Below, in pieces: positions 36,904-49,509 of a DNA stretch of 64,000 nucleotides. The DNA is taken from assembly GCA_047495785.1 (NCBI GenBank), contig JBLDXI010000009.1:4836001-4900000 (forward strand). The letters run 5' to 3'. Below the pieces are notes generated by a model that saw nothing but the letters and a program-made list of their open reading frames with translations, was not told the DNA's origin and did not search any database. The number at the start of each line of letters is the position of its first letter. The first letter of the stretch is position 1. Made by a program: the position numbers and the translations under genes. The DNA comes from Lepidodermella squamata. Taxonomy: Eukaryota; Animalia; Gastrotricha.

Positions 36904-38441
36904 AATATTATGAAAAAAATCTAGGAAACAATGCACTCCATTTAGCTTCAAGTTCAGGCTGAATAATTCAATGACTGGAAGCCTAAAAGGGAGTAGGAAA
37001 TCAGACAACCACCAGCCCAACAGCTGATATATTTTGCTCCAGCCATTCAGTAGTAAAAAAGCAATCGAAAGATGTACAAAAGAGTTGTTATTAGGCGTAG
37101 ACAGCGTTGGGCATGCATGTTTGTGTGTCGAAGCGCATCGCTCTTGATCGATGACGCGTAGAATACCAATTGTTGCCCGGCAACAAACGCGTGTGAGCGC
37201 CCAACAGTTCGATATCGATGACACACAACGATGGTAAGAGAAAAATGTAGCCGTTAAATAAAAAAACAGCAATCATAGTGGTGATGTCCCTAGATTTAAG
37301 TCAAAAGCATGTAATGCCCACGGGTATCGCTCATACGTTGTCTAAAACCATTCATTGGTATTCGCATTGAGTTCGTGTTGAGGGAACTGGAACTCTCCTG
37401 CATTGTTCTAAAGTGTGCTACGTCGGCTGTTTTCGAGTTTTAGATTTCAGCTTTCAGCAGGATAAAATTATCAGTTTGCGAAGCATTGGTTTAATGCGCA
37501 CAAATAAAAGGGATCAAATCAGTAGCCACTTCTCATTTCGCTCACCGGATTTGCTCACTGCCAGGGCACCACGATTTTGTAGATATTGGTTATGGAGCCA
37601 CGTCGCTGAGTTCAGCGTACCATTCCTTGGCGGAGTTTGACAGCAGAAATTAAAAAAATTCCATATTGAACTTCCAACTGCGTCAAGTTGCTCCAAAATT
37701 GGAGGGCGGTTTGGGCATACGTTAGACCTGAAAAAACATTTACTTATACTTCTACTTTATTTAGGTATTACTTGATTTTTGAGCATGAAATCAGACAAAT
37801 TTTGAATATCAGTAAATTAGGCCGTAACGTGGTTCAGGGTACTCCCAGGGCCCTAATGGAGGGGAAATCACACTGAAAGCCCACCCCAATTAGGGTAATT
37901 TCTTTCTGGTGAATAATTCCGTCCTCCAATATGGGCGATCAGTCAGTCTTAAATGCATTGCCGAGCATTCTTTTCCAGAGAAACGGTTTCAGTGAGCACC
38001 TTGTTTTCTTGTGCGACTTTTGTTCTCACAAATTCACACATTCTCACAATTCGAACCTATCATTGATCGATGATTTTCGGAGTAAACCTTCAAAACTGTT
38101 ATTTAGCTCGAAGCCTTTTATCCTTATAGCAATTGTATCCAAAATCGTTTTCAAGACGCTGATTCATTATTTTACACTTTTGGTCATGGGACCATCCCGG
38201 ATAAAAGTTGAGGAGCACCTGATCAGAAATCTCTGCAGGTTATTAATGTTTCCTTTACTTCTTACTTCTGCCGCTTGTTTTTAGGGGTTGAGCAATATAC
38301 ATCTCAGAATTCAGAATTCATCGGTTACATTAGCGGCTCATCCTTTCAAACGCACAGCGACGGAATATTACTCTCTTGACTGGCCATTTTAGGATATAAG
38401 CAGGGTCAAATCATTCTCAGCAACTGCCAGCTTTCTATGCT

Positions 38442-38772
38442 TTAGGCGTTATTGATTGTGCCCCTGATAGCCGTTGACTTGCTGTACCGAGCGTTTTCCT
38501 CGGCCTCTTCTTCACGGGCGTTATTGATTGTGCCCCTGATAGCCGTTGACTTGCTGTACCGAGCGTTTTCCTCGGCCTCTTCTTCACGGGCGTTATTGAT
38601 TGTGCCCCTGATAGCCGTTGACTTGCTGTACCGAGCGTTTTCCTCGGCCTCTTCCTGTCGAGCTTGAATCGCCAAGACAGCGAAACATGCCTACAGTGAG
38701 CAGATGAATGAATAGCTATCATCCAGCATAACTACTTACCCCTAGAAGGGTGATAGCAACGAGCTTGTTCAT
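38442..38772 (-). CDS. Secreted multi-copy peptide precursor, 93 aa (exons 38772-38740, 38690-38442)
   Basis: Spliced: MNKLVAITLLG/ACFAVLAIQA signal, then 3 x R(Q/E)EEAEENAR-YSKSTAIRGTINNA; GTAAGT...CTGTAG intron, phase 0. Confidence 0.8.
38445..38654. repeat. 72-bp near-perfect tandem repeat x ~3 (coding)
   Basis: Units start at 38445, 38517 and 38589. Confidence 0.95.
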
Positions 38773-40061
38773 TTTGAAAAATGGAAAATAAATTGTATGA
38801 AATTATCAAAGTGTTTTGGAAAATGCATTTTTGAGCCATTTTGCAGTGTTATTTATCGGCGTTGCAGCGGCATCTGTGTTAACAAGGAGCGCTTGCTGTT
38901 AAAACAGATGCCGGTGATGATTAACGCGATTCAGGTGCTTGAAATATGAGGAATTTTTCATCTCACACATATCATTGTTTAATTTGCGCCTACAAACTTA
39001 TTTACCGGCGCTAACAGACACTTCTTCGCAGTCGAATCGTAGTATTGTAATAATTCCGAAAGAATATCATCTGAGTCAACAAAGCTGCTTTTTTCATTAA
39101 TTTCTTGCGCATAGCGCTACCTCAGTATTCGACGAAGCGGTACTTCGTTTTTGACGAAAATTCGTCACGGACAGTGAATCTTGAATACCAGCATTTTCTG
39201 AAACACCTGAAAAATACTCGCAATCTGGAATAAGCCGTTGCGCAAGTCTAGCGAGAATTTGATCAGCAATATCGAAGCAGAGCACCCAACATTTTGTCCT
39301 TAGCGTTCTTCGCCTTCTTGAAAATCCGCTTTTTCTCGCCTCAGCCTTATCAGCCGAAATTGACCGTCTTCATTGATAACACATTACAGCGCTAGGTTAG
39401 CCAATATCATTTTTTGTAAGAATATGCCGCAATAAGGACGCCAAAATTGCGCCAAAACCCAAAAATTGAACTTAGACATTTTTGCAGCGAAACAAGCTCA
39501 TTTATCGACAACTGTTGTATTGAACTAATCATCCTCGAATAGCGAAATTCAGCATGAAATATTATTTTTCGCGCTTTGATTTTTTGGCTAAAATTATTTA
39601 CAATTTACATTGGGAAGCAATTTTGACGTCCTAATGTCCTAACACATTACCTTTGTCCTATCAAGGCTTCTACTTACTCAAGAGTAATAGAGACTGCTAT
39701 GCAACAGATGCATTTTGTATGCATAGTTACGTATTTTTATGCGCTTCAACGAGCTGAATCCTCGCCTTTTAACCGGTGCGTGATCCCGCAAACTAAAGCC
39801 CTCGGTCTGTACGGTGCTTTAACACTTAGACTAATTAACCTGAGCCAATTAGCTGCTTGCGTGTCCGCGAAATAGATTCGGAGTTTAAATTCTCGAGGCT
39901 AAGCTTCAAACGTATTAGGGCCTTTAAGAACCTGGAATTAAGTCCGCTTCTTTAATTATCAAAACTTGTTTTATTGATCAATCTTCTACGCATATAAAAA
40001 CACAGACAAATTAGAAAGCGAATAATCTATAGCATCTACACGTGCCAATTTATACCGTTAT

Positions 40062-40517
40062 TCAACCTCGGAGAGCTTTCTCCAACAGAACAATCTCATG
40101 GGTGAGCTTCGTCAAGCATTCTGTACTTCGCTGAAAATTCTGCTTCGACATTTGACGGTGCAAATCGTTGAATGCCATCATCAGTGCCTTGCTCAACTCT
40201 GCAGTTCCTTTAGCAGTCGAACTAAATAACAATTGCTGCTTCTCCGTCAATGCAGGCAGATGTTCGAGCTTGCTGACTGCTGATTTCAGTTGAACCTCAG
40301 CCTCTGCGAACTCCACGGCGCAGGAAGATTGTTGAAGCTGTTTCAAAAACACTCGACGAAATTCGCTCAGAACTTGGTTGAACTTATTGATGCTGCCAAC
40401 ATAACGATCTAGCGACTTACCATCGCTTAGCGTCGTAGCTTCGTTGAATAAATAGTAGAGCTCTTTACTATGAGAGATTAGATTTTCAACAATTTTAGCA
40501 TTCGCTTTAGCGGCCAT
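40062..40517 (-). CDS. Hypothetical 151-aa helical protein
   Basis: ATG-initiated ORF with amphipathic helical pattern; AATAAA downstream (~39970 on minus); no recognisable family. Confidence 0.5.
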   Translation of the reverse strand: MAAKANAKIVENLISHSKELYYLFNEATTLSDGKSLDRYVGSINKFNQVLSEFRRVFLKQLQQSSCAVEFAEAEVQLKSAVSKLEHLPALTEKQQLLFSSTAKGTAELSKALMMAFNDLHRQMSKQNFQRSTECLTKLTHEIVLLEKALRG

Positions 40518-41408
40518 CTTTTCGACAAAAATGTGTACCTAAATCAAAAGAATAATTTGTAAGAAAGCGCAAATTACGTGTCTCCAGGCATTATTTATTA
40601 ATTTGAAATCAAATTATTTTCTTGCTGTTATTGGAATATTGCGCTAGCCAGTGTTTACCACCCCACATCCTAGCGACTTCGATCAATAAAACTTGCACTA
40701 AGCTGTGTTGCTAGAAAGTTCTTCTGATCTCTATAATGCATGATGGACCCAGCTTAAATTAACCACTTAATAAAGGAAGACGCGCCAAGTGTAACAATCT
40801 AGAGCTCATAAATAATGGACTAGCAAAAATCGGTTATGGAAGGATTTGGATGCAAATTTCACCTTGAGCCGCGAGCTCAAGTCGTATTCAGGATGCAACC
40901 TCTGCTATGGCAACTTGCACTCAATTTTTTCGTATCTGAACTCCACAAAGTCTATTCTATAGGCATTTTTCACACTTTTTAACTCGTGCGCTTTATTTGA
41001 AGTTCATCAGCAGTAAGTTGCGATGATTGAATAAAATGTGAAGAATCAAATCGTCCCTAACACCGAACACATTCGGAATGATTGCCGGATAATATCGGAG
41101 ATCCGGTGCACGAGAATCGCTGATCGAGTTAAAACTGACATAAATTACATCATTGTTCGACATCACCATGTTCAGTGAATCGGTTGTCAGTGAATTACCA
41201 GGTTTGATCGGAGCGTATAAAAACGCGGAGGCATTGTTGTCACCCAATTATTTATTGGGATAATTAGGATAATTTATTGAGACTTGCCTTGGGATTCCCG
41301 CTAATTTGAAATGAGCAGACGTAGGCAGAGGTGGATTATCGCACATTTCCGTCACATTTGCAATCAAAAGCGCCTACTTGGTTGAAATTTGGCGAGTTTA
41401 AAGAAACC

Positions 41409-42038
41409 ATGACAAAATATTCACAGAATTCCCTACTTTGCAAGGTATAGTTTCCGCAAACGAATACCGCTTCTTTGAGGACATGTAGTCCATTTATACT
41501 TCATGGATCATGGATACTCAATTTTTTTAATACCTTTACATATTTCCATCTAAAATATTTTTCCTCCAAGGTGTGTGGCCAGAAAACAGATGACTCTCTG
41601 AGGTGTGGAGCAAAGGTCTGTGAAGCTTGTAAGGTAATGCCTCCATTAATACCCTTCACTCCAAAATCTACATTATTACACATATATACTGTACAGAAGT
41701 TTTTCCAGCGAAATTACGACAAATCTGTGGAACTGAAATGTTCGGGTCATATTTCACCCGATGACGCGCTGAAATGCAGCGATCGAACTTTTCGAAGAAG
41801 CTGCAGAGGTTGCCGTCTAACGAAATGTTACCAAGTTGGCATGCGAACCCCAAATGCTAACCGGGCCCGAAGAGGTAGCTGTGTCAAATATCAGACAGGT
41901 CGCTCATCGATGATTCCTACCAATCACTTGCTATCGATTCATGAAGCGATGTTGGTGAATTTCTATGTTTCTCTTCTACTTGGCATGGTCACGGATGACT
42001 CAAAGCGAGATGGGGACAATGAAGGCGTCCGTTTTTAA
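41409..42038 (+). CDS. Nuclear-receptor-type C4 zinc-finger protein apparently lacking a ligand-binding domain (exons 41409-41444, 41571-41633, 41697-42038; ~146 aa)
   Basis: Spliced: CKVCG...CEACKKFFQR...C...C...RRSCRGCRLTKCYQVGM, the canonical NR DNA-binding domain pattern. Confidence 0.82.
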
Positions 42039-42380
42039 CAATATCCAAACAGAACATGAAAATATGTCCTAACATGTCATTTGTGTCTTTCGATTTTTGC
42101 ATAATTTTGCCCACTTAAAATTGAGCTTCATGTCCTTAATTATCGATTGTTAAGACAATTTAATTTTTGCTCTGCAATGGCGTACACATTTTCAGGACTA
42201 TTACGTACTAGAAATTTTATTCTATAAACAGGTTTTACAAGGCTCAGGCGAGTCGACTTTATTCCATGTCAATCAATCCTACTAATTGAGTCATACTTTG
42301 AAACATTGACATTTATTTGCGGCCTTTTGTAAACAGAAATGTAACAAGCCTTTAGAAAATAATAGCTTGAAAAAATGAGT

Positions 42381-42763
42381 CTATGATACACAGAATTGAC
42401 GTATCAAAGCTACTCGTTTCTCCGCCGGTTGCTGCAGACAATTCCTAGTCCGTGGAGTCTTTGCCAGATGCTGAAAAGGAAAACTTGAATAAATTAAAGT
42501 TAAAGTTAAAAAACGCCACTTACCCCAAAGCATTTGTAGCATTCGGAAACTGTAATTGCATCCAAATTATGGTCAAGGTAGTCCAAGATGTATGCCAGGT
42601 CGTCTAACGTCATATTCTGCAAATCTATCACGCTGCTGGCTCTGGAAGGACCATAGGATCCTACTGCGACTCCACTCCTCAGAAATAGCTTCGACCTCCT
42701 CTGACATTCGATATTCGAAAATAGCGCGAATGCAACCGTAAACACTGCTAGTAATGTCTTCAT
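42381..42763 (-). CDS. Dispersed, intron-containing member 18 of the secreted Cys-motif family (exons 42763-42524, 42470-42381; 109 aa)
   Basis: Signal; TVSECYKCFG|GTAAGT..TTTCAG|HLAKTPRTRNCLQQPAEKRVALIRQFCVS*; TATAAAA ~42820 on minus. Confidence 0.82.
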
Positions 42764-43431
42764 GGCCTTGTCTGAATTTATGAGCTGAAAAAATGATATT
42801 GCACTTGTAAAACGGCTTTTTATAGCTTGAATCGAGCGCGGGCGAAATCCCGGTTGAGATTTCCGGCTTACAAGTGACCGGACCGGATATTTTTAGGCCG
42901 ATGAAGCTTGTTCTTTTCGTCGCATTAATCTAGGGCGGTTTAGTAGAAATTTATACATCGCAGCGGCCACTTATATCGCAAAACTTCCAGAATTTAGTGT
43001 AGGCAGGAAGCGTGGGCGCATTTATTACTGATTCTGCCCGCCGGCATCGCTTGTAATCGGTCATGCGCGACTGATTTGTCTCTACGTCTTGCTTACTGGC
43101 GGCCACCAGTGCTTGTCAAATTCTTAGTCCACAGTCTATCAGCGATAATAGTAGATTCGACCATCATCGAGAACAGATATAAATTCAACATTTTATTTTT
43201 CGGATAGGTGATGTATAAGAAAGAACAGGGAGTTTTCAGCTAGAAAAAAATGAGTCGGATACGGGAATAGATACAAGGTACGAAAATCTAAAAAATCCCC
43301 GAATGCCGAAAGATATGAAAGTAATGGCAGTCGGAAAGAGGTGAGAGGTCATATAAGACAACAATTTTGAGTTTCAGTAAAGGAATTTCTAGGAGTTTCT
43401 AGGTTCGAACTGAGCAGGAGTTAGGTCGATA

Positions 43432-44854
43432 TCAAATAGCATCGCCCGAACATACGAATCGGCCATCAGCTACTTCATTACAGCTAGCCGTCTGCCACCC
43501 TTCACCATGAGCCGTAACAGCGAATAAGGTGCATTGATTCACATCAGGCATTTCCGGCTCATTTGTCGCTGGCAACCACGCTTGATTCGCGCCACTCACC
43601 AGTGTGACATTCTCAAAAGCTGCGTCAAACCAGCCATGGTTTGTCGCGCCGATCCAAGCTTGCATTGATCCGCCATTTCCAGCCAGACGACGGCCAATGT
43701 CGTACAGCATAGTGTTGATAAGTTCTTGCCGGTCGTTGTTTTCGATTTTGGCGAGGCGACCTCCATAACGGGCGCAGAATTTGTCAGCGTCAAACCAAGT
43801 CATCTTCGGGTTCGTGTAGAGATGGTAGCAAGGTCCGTTTGAGGCACAGGCCACTCGTTCAACGGCTAGAGGAATCTTTTGGGTGCGATTTCGAGTGTTC
43901 TTCATAAAACCTGGAAATATCATGCCATTTTAGTGCTTAATTCTAAAAAAACTCAGATTTTGTGATTCGACGAGACCATGAAGAATTTGAATGGAAAATC
44001 ATTCACTCGGAAATACTTTAAAAATTCCCCAACAATTAGTTTCGGAAAATTCTGGATAGGAATTTAGAAAATTTAGAAAAATGCTTCAAATGCTTACCGA
44101 ATTTGCAAATGAAAGGTAGCGCCAAGTTGCAGCTGGTATCTACCCAATAATTTTCCGCAGCATCCAGAACAATAGCAGCACAATCGCCACCAAGAGCTGG
44201 CCTGCCAGGGGCCCAGTTGGAAAAAGAATCCTCCGCCAGGGCATAAGTATAACTGCTAAAGGGCCCGCCACAGCTTTCATTCTTAGTGCTACCGAAGCAC
44301 TGCAGGTTGCAATTATCATTCGCCGATGGCCAATCGAATTCGTTAGCGGAACAACGGCAAAATTGACCACCTTGGAGAGAAGCAAATAATTTTGTGTCTC
44401 CGGTTTGCGCCAAGCAGAAGGCTGAACATTTCGCAGCGTTCATATTCGAGGCCTGAAGGAAATGAACATTTTTGAAGTCTGATGATGCGTCGTAGCAGCC
44501 TTGACCTCGGAGTAGCGTTTCGTCGGAAATCCATCTCCAAGCGGATTGGCGAAATCTCGGGGAAATGGCGAGTTTTGCCCAGCTTTGCGATTTCATCTCC
44601 TTTGCGATGTAAGCTCTTTCGTTCGATGAGTAGAGACTTGCAAGCCGATGGCCTTTCCCAAATCGCTGGCAGTGAGCAATCGCTTGGTCATAATCGAAAG
44701 GGCCGTCGGCTTCCTTCCTCGGCATGGAAAGTTCTTGGAGTGAGTAGCACTTCCCATTATCTTCAAAAAGCTTCCAGTTCCGTGCGGATTGGGGGCATCT
44801 GAGGCTCTGAGTCGAAGAAATTAACGTCCCCGTAATAAAGAGGATTAATTGCAT
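43432..44854 (-). CDS. Secreted CTLD(WSC-inserted)-CTLD lectin B, no stalk or TM (exons 44854-44098, 43910-43432)
   Basis: Same domain order as lectin A; stop codon directly after second CTLD (RFVCSGDAI*). Confidence 0.85.
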
Positions 44855-45575
44855 TTTTCTTATGAAGAAATGATATCAAACTGCGACGGAAGTCTCAGTT
44901 CCTTATGTATTGTTTGTCAGTCGCGATATTGCACTGGCTTGCAATGTATTTTGTGTTTGTATTAGGTGATTACTAATTCATGGTATTCCCCGCCGCATGA
45001 TAATATAGTTTAGAGGCCGATATCGAATTTTATCACCTGTCGCGTGAATATGTTGTGAGAGCGCAGTGACTAAAAACAGCAGATGAGTGCGGCAATCTCT
45101 GATGATATCCATACAAGCATTTAGAATTTAAAAGATGTTTATTACATTGTAATCGCTCAGCACATCATCATCGATGTTCTGCATGAGGTTGATACAACTT
45201 TCACTAGCAGTGCCAAATATATGAACTCATACGCCGGATTAGCGAAAAATAGCAACATAGGACTATACTCTGGTAATATACAACGCCGACCATCTCAACA
45301 ATGACACGTGTTAAAAAAACGATTCCGCGTCCCTCATCGACGTTAATTTTTATTGTTGACCGATAAACAGCAATCACAGGAATCATTTTTTTCAAGCGAT
45401 GGCTTCAGCAAGTCGCACATTTTTTCACGATAATATCAGTCTAATAGTAATCCATCAGTATTCTATATTATGGGATGGGCCAAGGAAGACGTGCGAAAAG
45501 TTTCAGCCCGGTGCTCAGTGTGTGGAACGGCGAATGATCTAAAATGGCTATCCCGTCCACCTATTGATAAAAATA

Positions 45576-45986
45576 CCGTACTGCCCGAAAAGCCAGTCAG
45601 CCTCGTATAAAAGCCGCCTCAAATATAAGACGGGGCTCTAGGCTCATTGCAACTAATAAAGGTCAGATTTGGGTCGGGTCGCCCACGCATGTATCATCAT
45701 TTCATGATTTATTGATTAATTTCGAAATAGTTTTAAGGAATTCGAATTCTACTACGTCATCACCATCATCGCCATCTCATCAGGATAAAAAACTGAGCCT
45801 TTGCCGATATAATTAGAGGCCAATTCATGGGGACTGGAAGTGTTGTATAGCGAAATGTGATGAGTTGAAGAGGGTTCGAAGTAATAAAGGTCAGGCCTCA
45901 AAGAAAGAGCAGTCTCAAATATAAGACTGGGTTTCGACTTGATTTGAAAAAAATGAAGGGCAGGGCCAACATTTCGGGCAGTACGG
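45576..45986. mobile_element. Non-autonomous Tc1/mariner-pogo-type MITE (~411 bp)
   Basis: Perfect 15-bp TIRs ccgtactgcccgaaa / tttcgggcagtacgg flanked by TA on both sides; internal direct repeats ctcaaatataagac and taataaaggtcag. Confidence 0.8.
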
Positions 45987-46937
45987 TAAGCTGAGTTTCA
46001 TATAAGATGCGATAACTCTTTATATATGGCTCTCCAGTAGCACACACTTGGCTTTGAAATGAAGATCTGCGCAAGTAGTTTGATATCAAATTAAGACAAG
46101 CGAGAGGCAGGAAACGCATGGTTACTTCAGCTTCGATGATTAGCGGTAGCTACTAAAATCTGTAGTTGAATCCTGCCGTCCTGCTGTATCAATCAAGTAA
46201 TGGAAAGATGGAACGTAAAATAATTGAATATTTTGCTAAAATTCTCATTTTTTATTATGGGACTCATTCCTGGCAAATGGGTACAGGCCAGAGGCCAATA
46301 GCTTCAATTTCAGCAAATTAACTGAATAATTCGAGAAATACCTACATCAACTTCTTGAGATGTCTCGAGAAGAAAACAAAGAGACTTGACAACGAATGGC
46401 CTTAGGTCACCCTCTGCAAACAGCCACTGCGCACTATAGTGTCCTCCCATCTTGAATATAACGGGAAATCAATTTTTATAGGTTTTTTACTGTCCTTTGG
46501 TTTTTTTCTTTGTAGTTGGAATTTTTCTATTTTTGGCTCACAATTGTGTTCATCGAAACGGTCTCTCATTCAGTGTCTTAGAACTGCAGCAACGGACCGC
46601 TTCCATCAGAATGTCTTTAAGATTCAAGATTAGAAAAACTATCAGTGTCGGCGCTATGCTTGTGACTAATCGCGATGATTCCAACGGTCATTACCAATAG
46701 CAATTGGCATTGTTGCACCGATGCGTCATCAACGCGCTTTTTTGTCGCATCGCTGCATCGCCCGGCAACGAGCGTACACCGCGCGCAGTTACTAGCACTA
46801 CCCAGCTTCCAATCGATCGACTGCCTACCAACGTCGCGTAAACAAACACATAGACGCAAGCGCTACAACAATAGCGGCTGGCAGCAGTAGTAGTTTTTTA
46901 TCACCGAACGAAATAACGATATTTTTTCTGCATAATA

Positions 46938-49509
46938 ATGCTGTCAATTTTGATTGTAACCGCAAGCCTTGTCCTCACCACAACTTTGGCTCAGCGTCCG
47001 TTTTGCCCTGAGACGGATCTCCTGAATCGAGGCGATGCTCAATGCTACGAATTCGCCGAAGACAAAACTGTCCAAACCTACGACGATGCTGTCTTGTTCT
47101 GCCAGAATAAAAACAAACAATTGGCTAATATTGAATCTCAAAGGCAGCTGAAATTCTTCGCAGACAAGATGCGGGAGAAACTCTGGTCACAAGTGTTTGT
47201 TGGACTGAAGTACTTGAAAACCGGTTGGAAATGGGTTGAGACTGATTTGCCGCTACGAAGCCAAGGTTGCCAGATGTCGACCTATTCCGAAGAATCTGGT
47301 TACCTCAGCACAATCGATCGTTCAATGACCGTTGAGAAATGCATAAATTACTGCTCTGGTAACGCTAATCTCTACGCAGCTGTTCAACAGGGCCATTTTT
47401 GCTACTGTTCAAACTACTTCATCTGGCCAACTTCGGCTTCGAACTGTACGATTCCTTGTTCTGGGTCTTCGGATCAGGTTTGCGGCGGAACCTTGGAGAG
47501 CAACACTTATTCAGCTGCTGATGGCTCGTATGACAATTGGATGAACAACAGGCCGACTGTTTATGGCAACTGTGCTGCGATAAGCGTTGATCGAGTCAAC
47601 AACATGTGGGTTGACTTGGGCTGCTCGGTCAACTTGCCATACATTTGCAAATTCGGTGAGTTCATTTCACAGTTTTAAGATACCCAACGATCAAAGAAGG
47701 ATCAGCGCTTGAGTAGTAATCATATCAGACATTTCAGCGTTAGATCAAAGCTAGATCAATATTAGCGCATTACCCATAGATTTGATCTTATTTTGATCAA
47801 ATGAAGCTCAAATTACATAGAATAATCTAGGTTTGAGCATTTTTCCTCTTGGTTTATTTGACCTGCGAATTTCGGACTTAAGAAAGGAAAAGAGCCCAAT
47901 TTCCTAACTTTTATTATCTGCTCACCCGTACTAATGTTTTCTGTTTTTCCAGGTGGTGAAACGATCAGTGTAGCTACAGATGATGCCGACGGTTTCCAAT
48001 GCGGTGACGGCATCTGCTATTATTTGTACTCAAGCAAACCTGCAAGTTGGGTCAACGCCCAGCGTTTCTGCATGGCAAAAGGTGGGAAACTTGCTACGGT
48101 CGATAAAGAGATCCGCCAAGAGATGGTTAACCGCCTCATTTTCTCGTCGAATCTCCGCGCTGAGAATCAAATTTGGATCGGAGCTGTCAACTACCAATGG
48201 TTCCTTGGCTCTGGATCTCAATTGGCTTTTGATGGTTGGATCTCTGCGAATGAGCCCGTTGCGCCTGAGACATATCCCTGCGCCGCAACTGCTGTGACCT
48301 ACGACGGCAAATTTGGTCTGAAAACTACAAAATGTGACGACTTGGTCGAAGGTGCGAACCGTTTCATCTGTGCCTCGCCTGCTGTTGGAGTTGACTTGCC
48401 CCCTGATATGACAACCACTCCTACTACGACGACCACGACCAGGCCAACGACTACCCGGACCACAACTACGACCTCGACTACAACAACCACTACAACAACT
48501 ACTACAACCACCACCCCAACTACAACTACAACAACACCTACAACAACACCTACAACAACTACAAGCACTTCTACAACGACTACTCCAGAGCCAACAACAA
48601 CGGAAGAGCCAACGACTACCACAGGTAAATTCCCTCTTCGTGACTAAAATATTAGATTAGTAATACGGCCTTTATCCAACGTTAAAGAACCCACGACGTC
48701 TACAACAACCACTTCAACCACCACATCAACAAGTACCACAACCCCCACCACAACAACTCCCACAACTACGACTAGCACTACTACCACAACAGGTGAATAT
48801 CCCGTGTTTTTGACCCCTCATCCCTATTTTTTACTTATTTCTACTTTGATCCCTCTATAATTTCGTTTTCCTCATTACAGAGCCTACGACAACAACTAGC
48901 ACCACGACAACCACAACTCGAGCACCAACTACCACAACTACAACAGTCAGGCCTACTACAACCACAGCGAAACCGACCACTACTGTCCGCATGTGTAATG
49001 CAACTTGCCGAAACGCTACAACTGGCAATTCGACAATTTACGAATGTTATGCCCGTTTCGCGACTTCAACTCAAGCTCCTGTAACCACCCGGGTGAATAA
49101 CTCATCAGGGACAACTAACATCGCACAAACAACGACAGCCAGGCCTACGACTGTTAAATCTAACGTGACTACTACAACTAAAATGTCGACGATCTACAGC
49201 GAGTGGTACGAATCGGAAGCGCCTTGTGGAGTTCTTTTGACTACGACTACCATTCAAAGTACAACAACAACAACTGATGCTGTGCAGGATCAAGGAGAAC
49301 CTCAAGCACTCTCCGCTACGAGCGAGACCCCGAAAAAATCTGCACTGCCTTGGTGGGCTATTCTTTTGATCGCCGTTGGTGGCGTGGTTGTGCTGGGCGT
49401 GATAGTTGGTGCGATAGTCTACGCCCTGAAAAAGCGGGCAATCGGTCAAGTGGATCCGAACAATATGCCAGAGACTGCTCGATCAATCGAAACTGCAAGA
49501 AAATCGTGA
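46938..49509 (+). CDS. CTLD(WSC-inserted)-CTLD mucin-stalk membrane lectin C (exons 46938-47655, 47953-48624, 48688-48792, 48881-49509)
   Basis: Paralog of A, B and D; phase-1 introns restore one reading frame; TM PWWAILLIAVGG; short tail. Confidence 0.88.

Noticed and set aside
36904-37272. N-terminal extension of the 609-aa ORF
   Set aside because: Signal peptide begins at ATG 36903, matching the paralogs; the extension starts at a non-ATG codon
37931-38284. 117-aa plus-strand ORF
   Set aside because: No recognisable motif or paralog; probably spurious
38445-38654. CRISPR array or non-coding minisatellite
   Set aside because: Units are identical without spacers, the genome is eukaryotic, and the repeat is in frame with a spliced signal peptide
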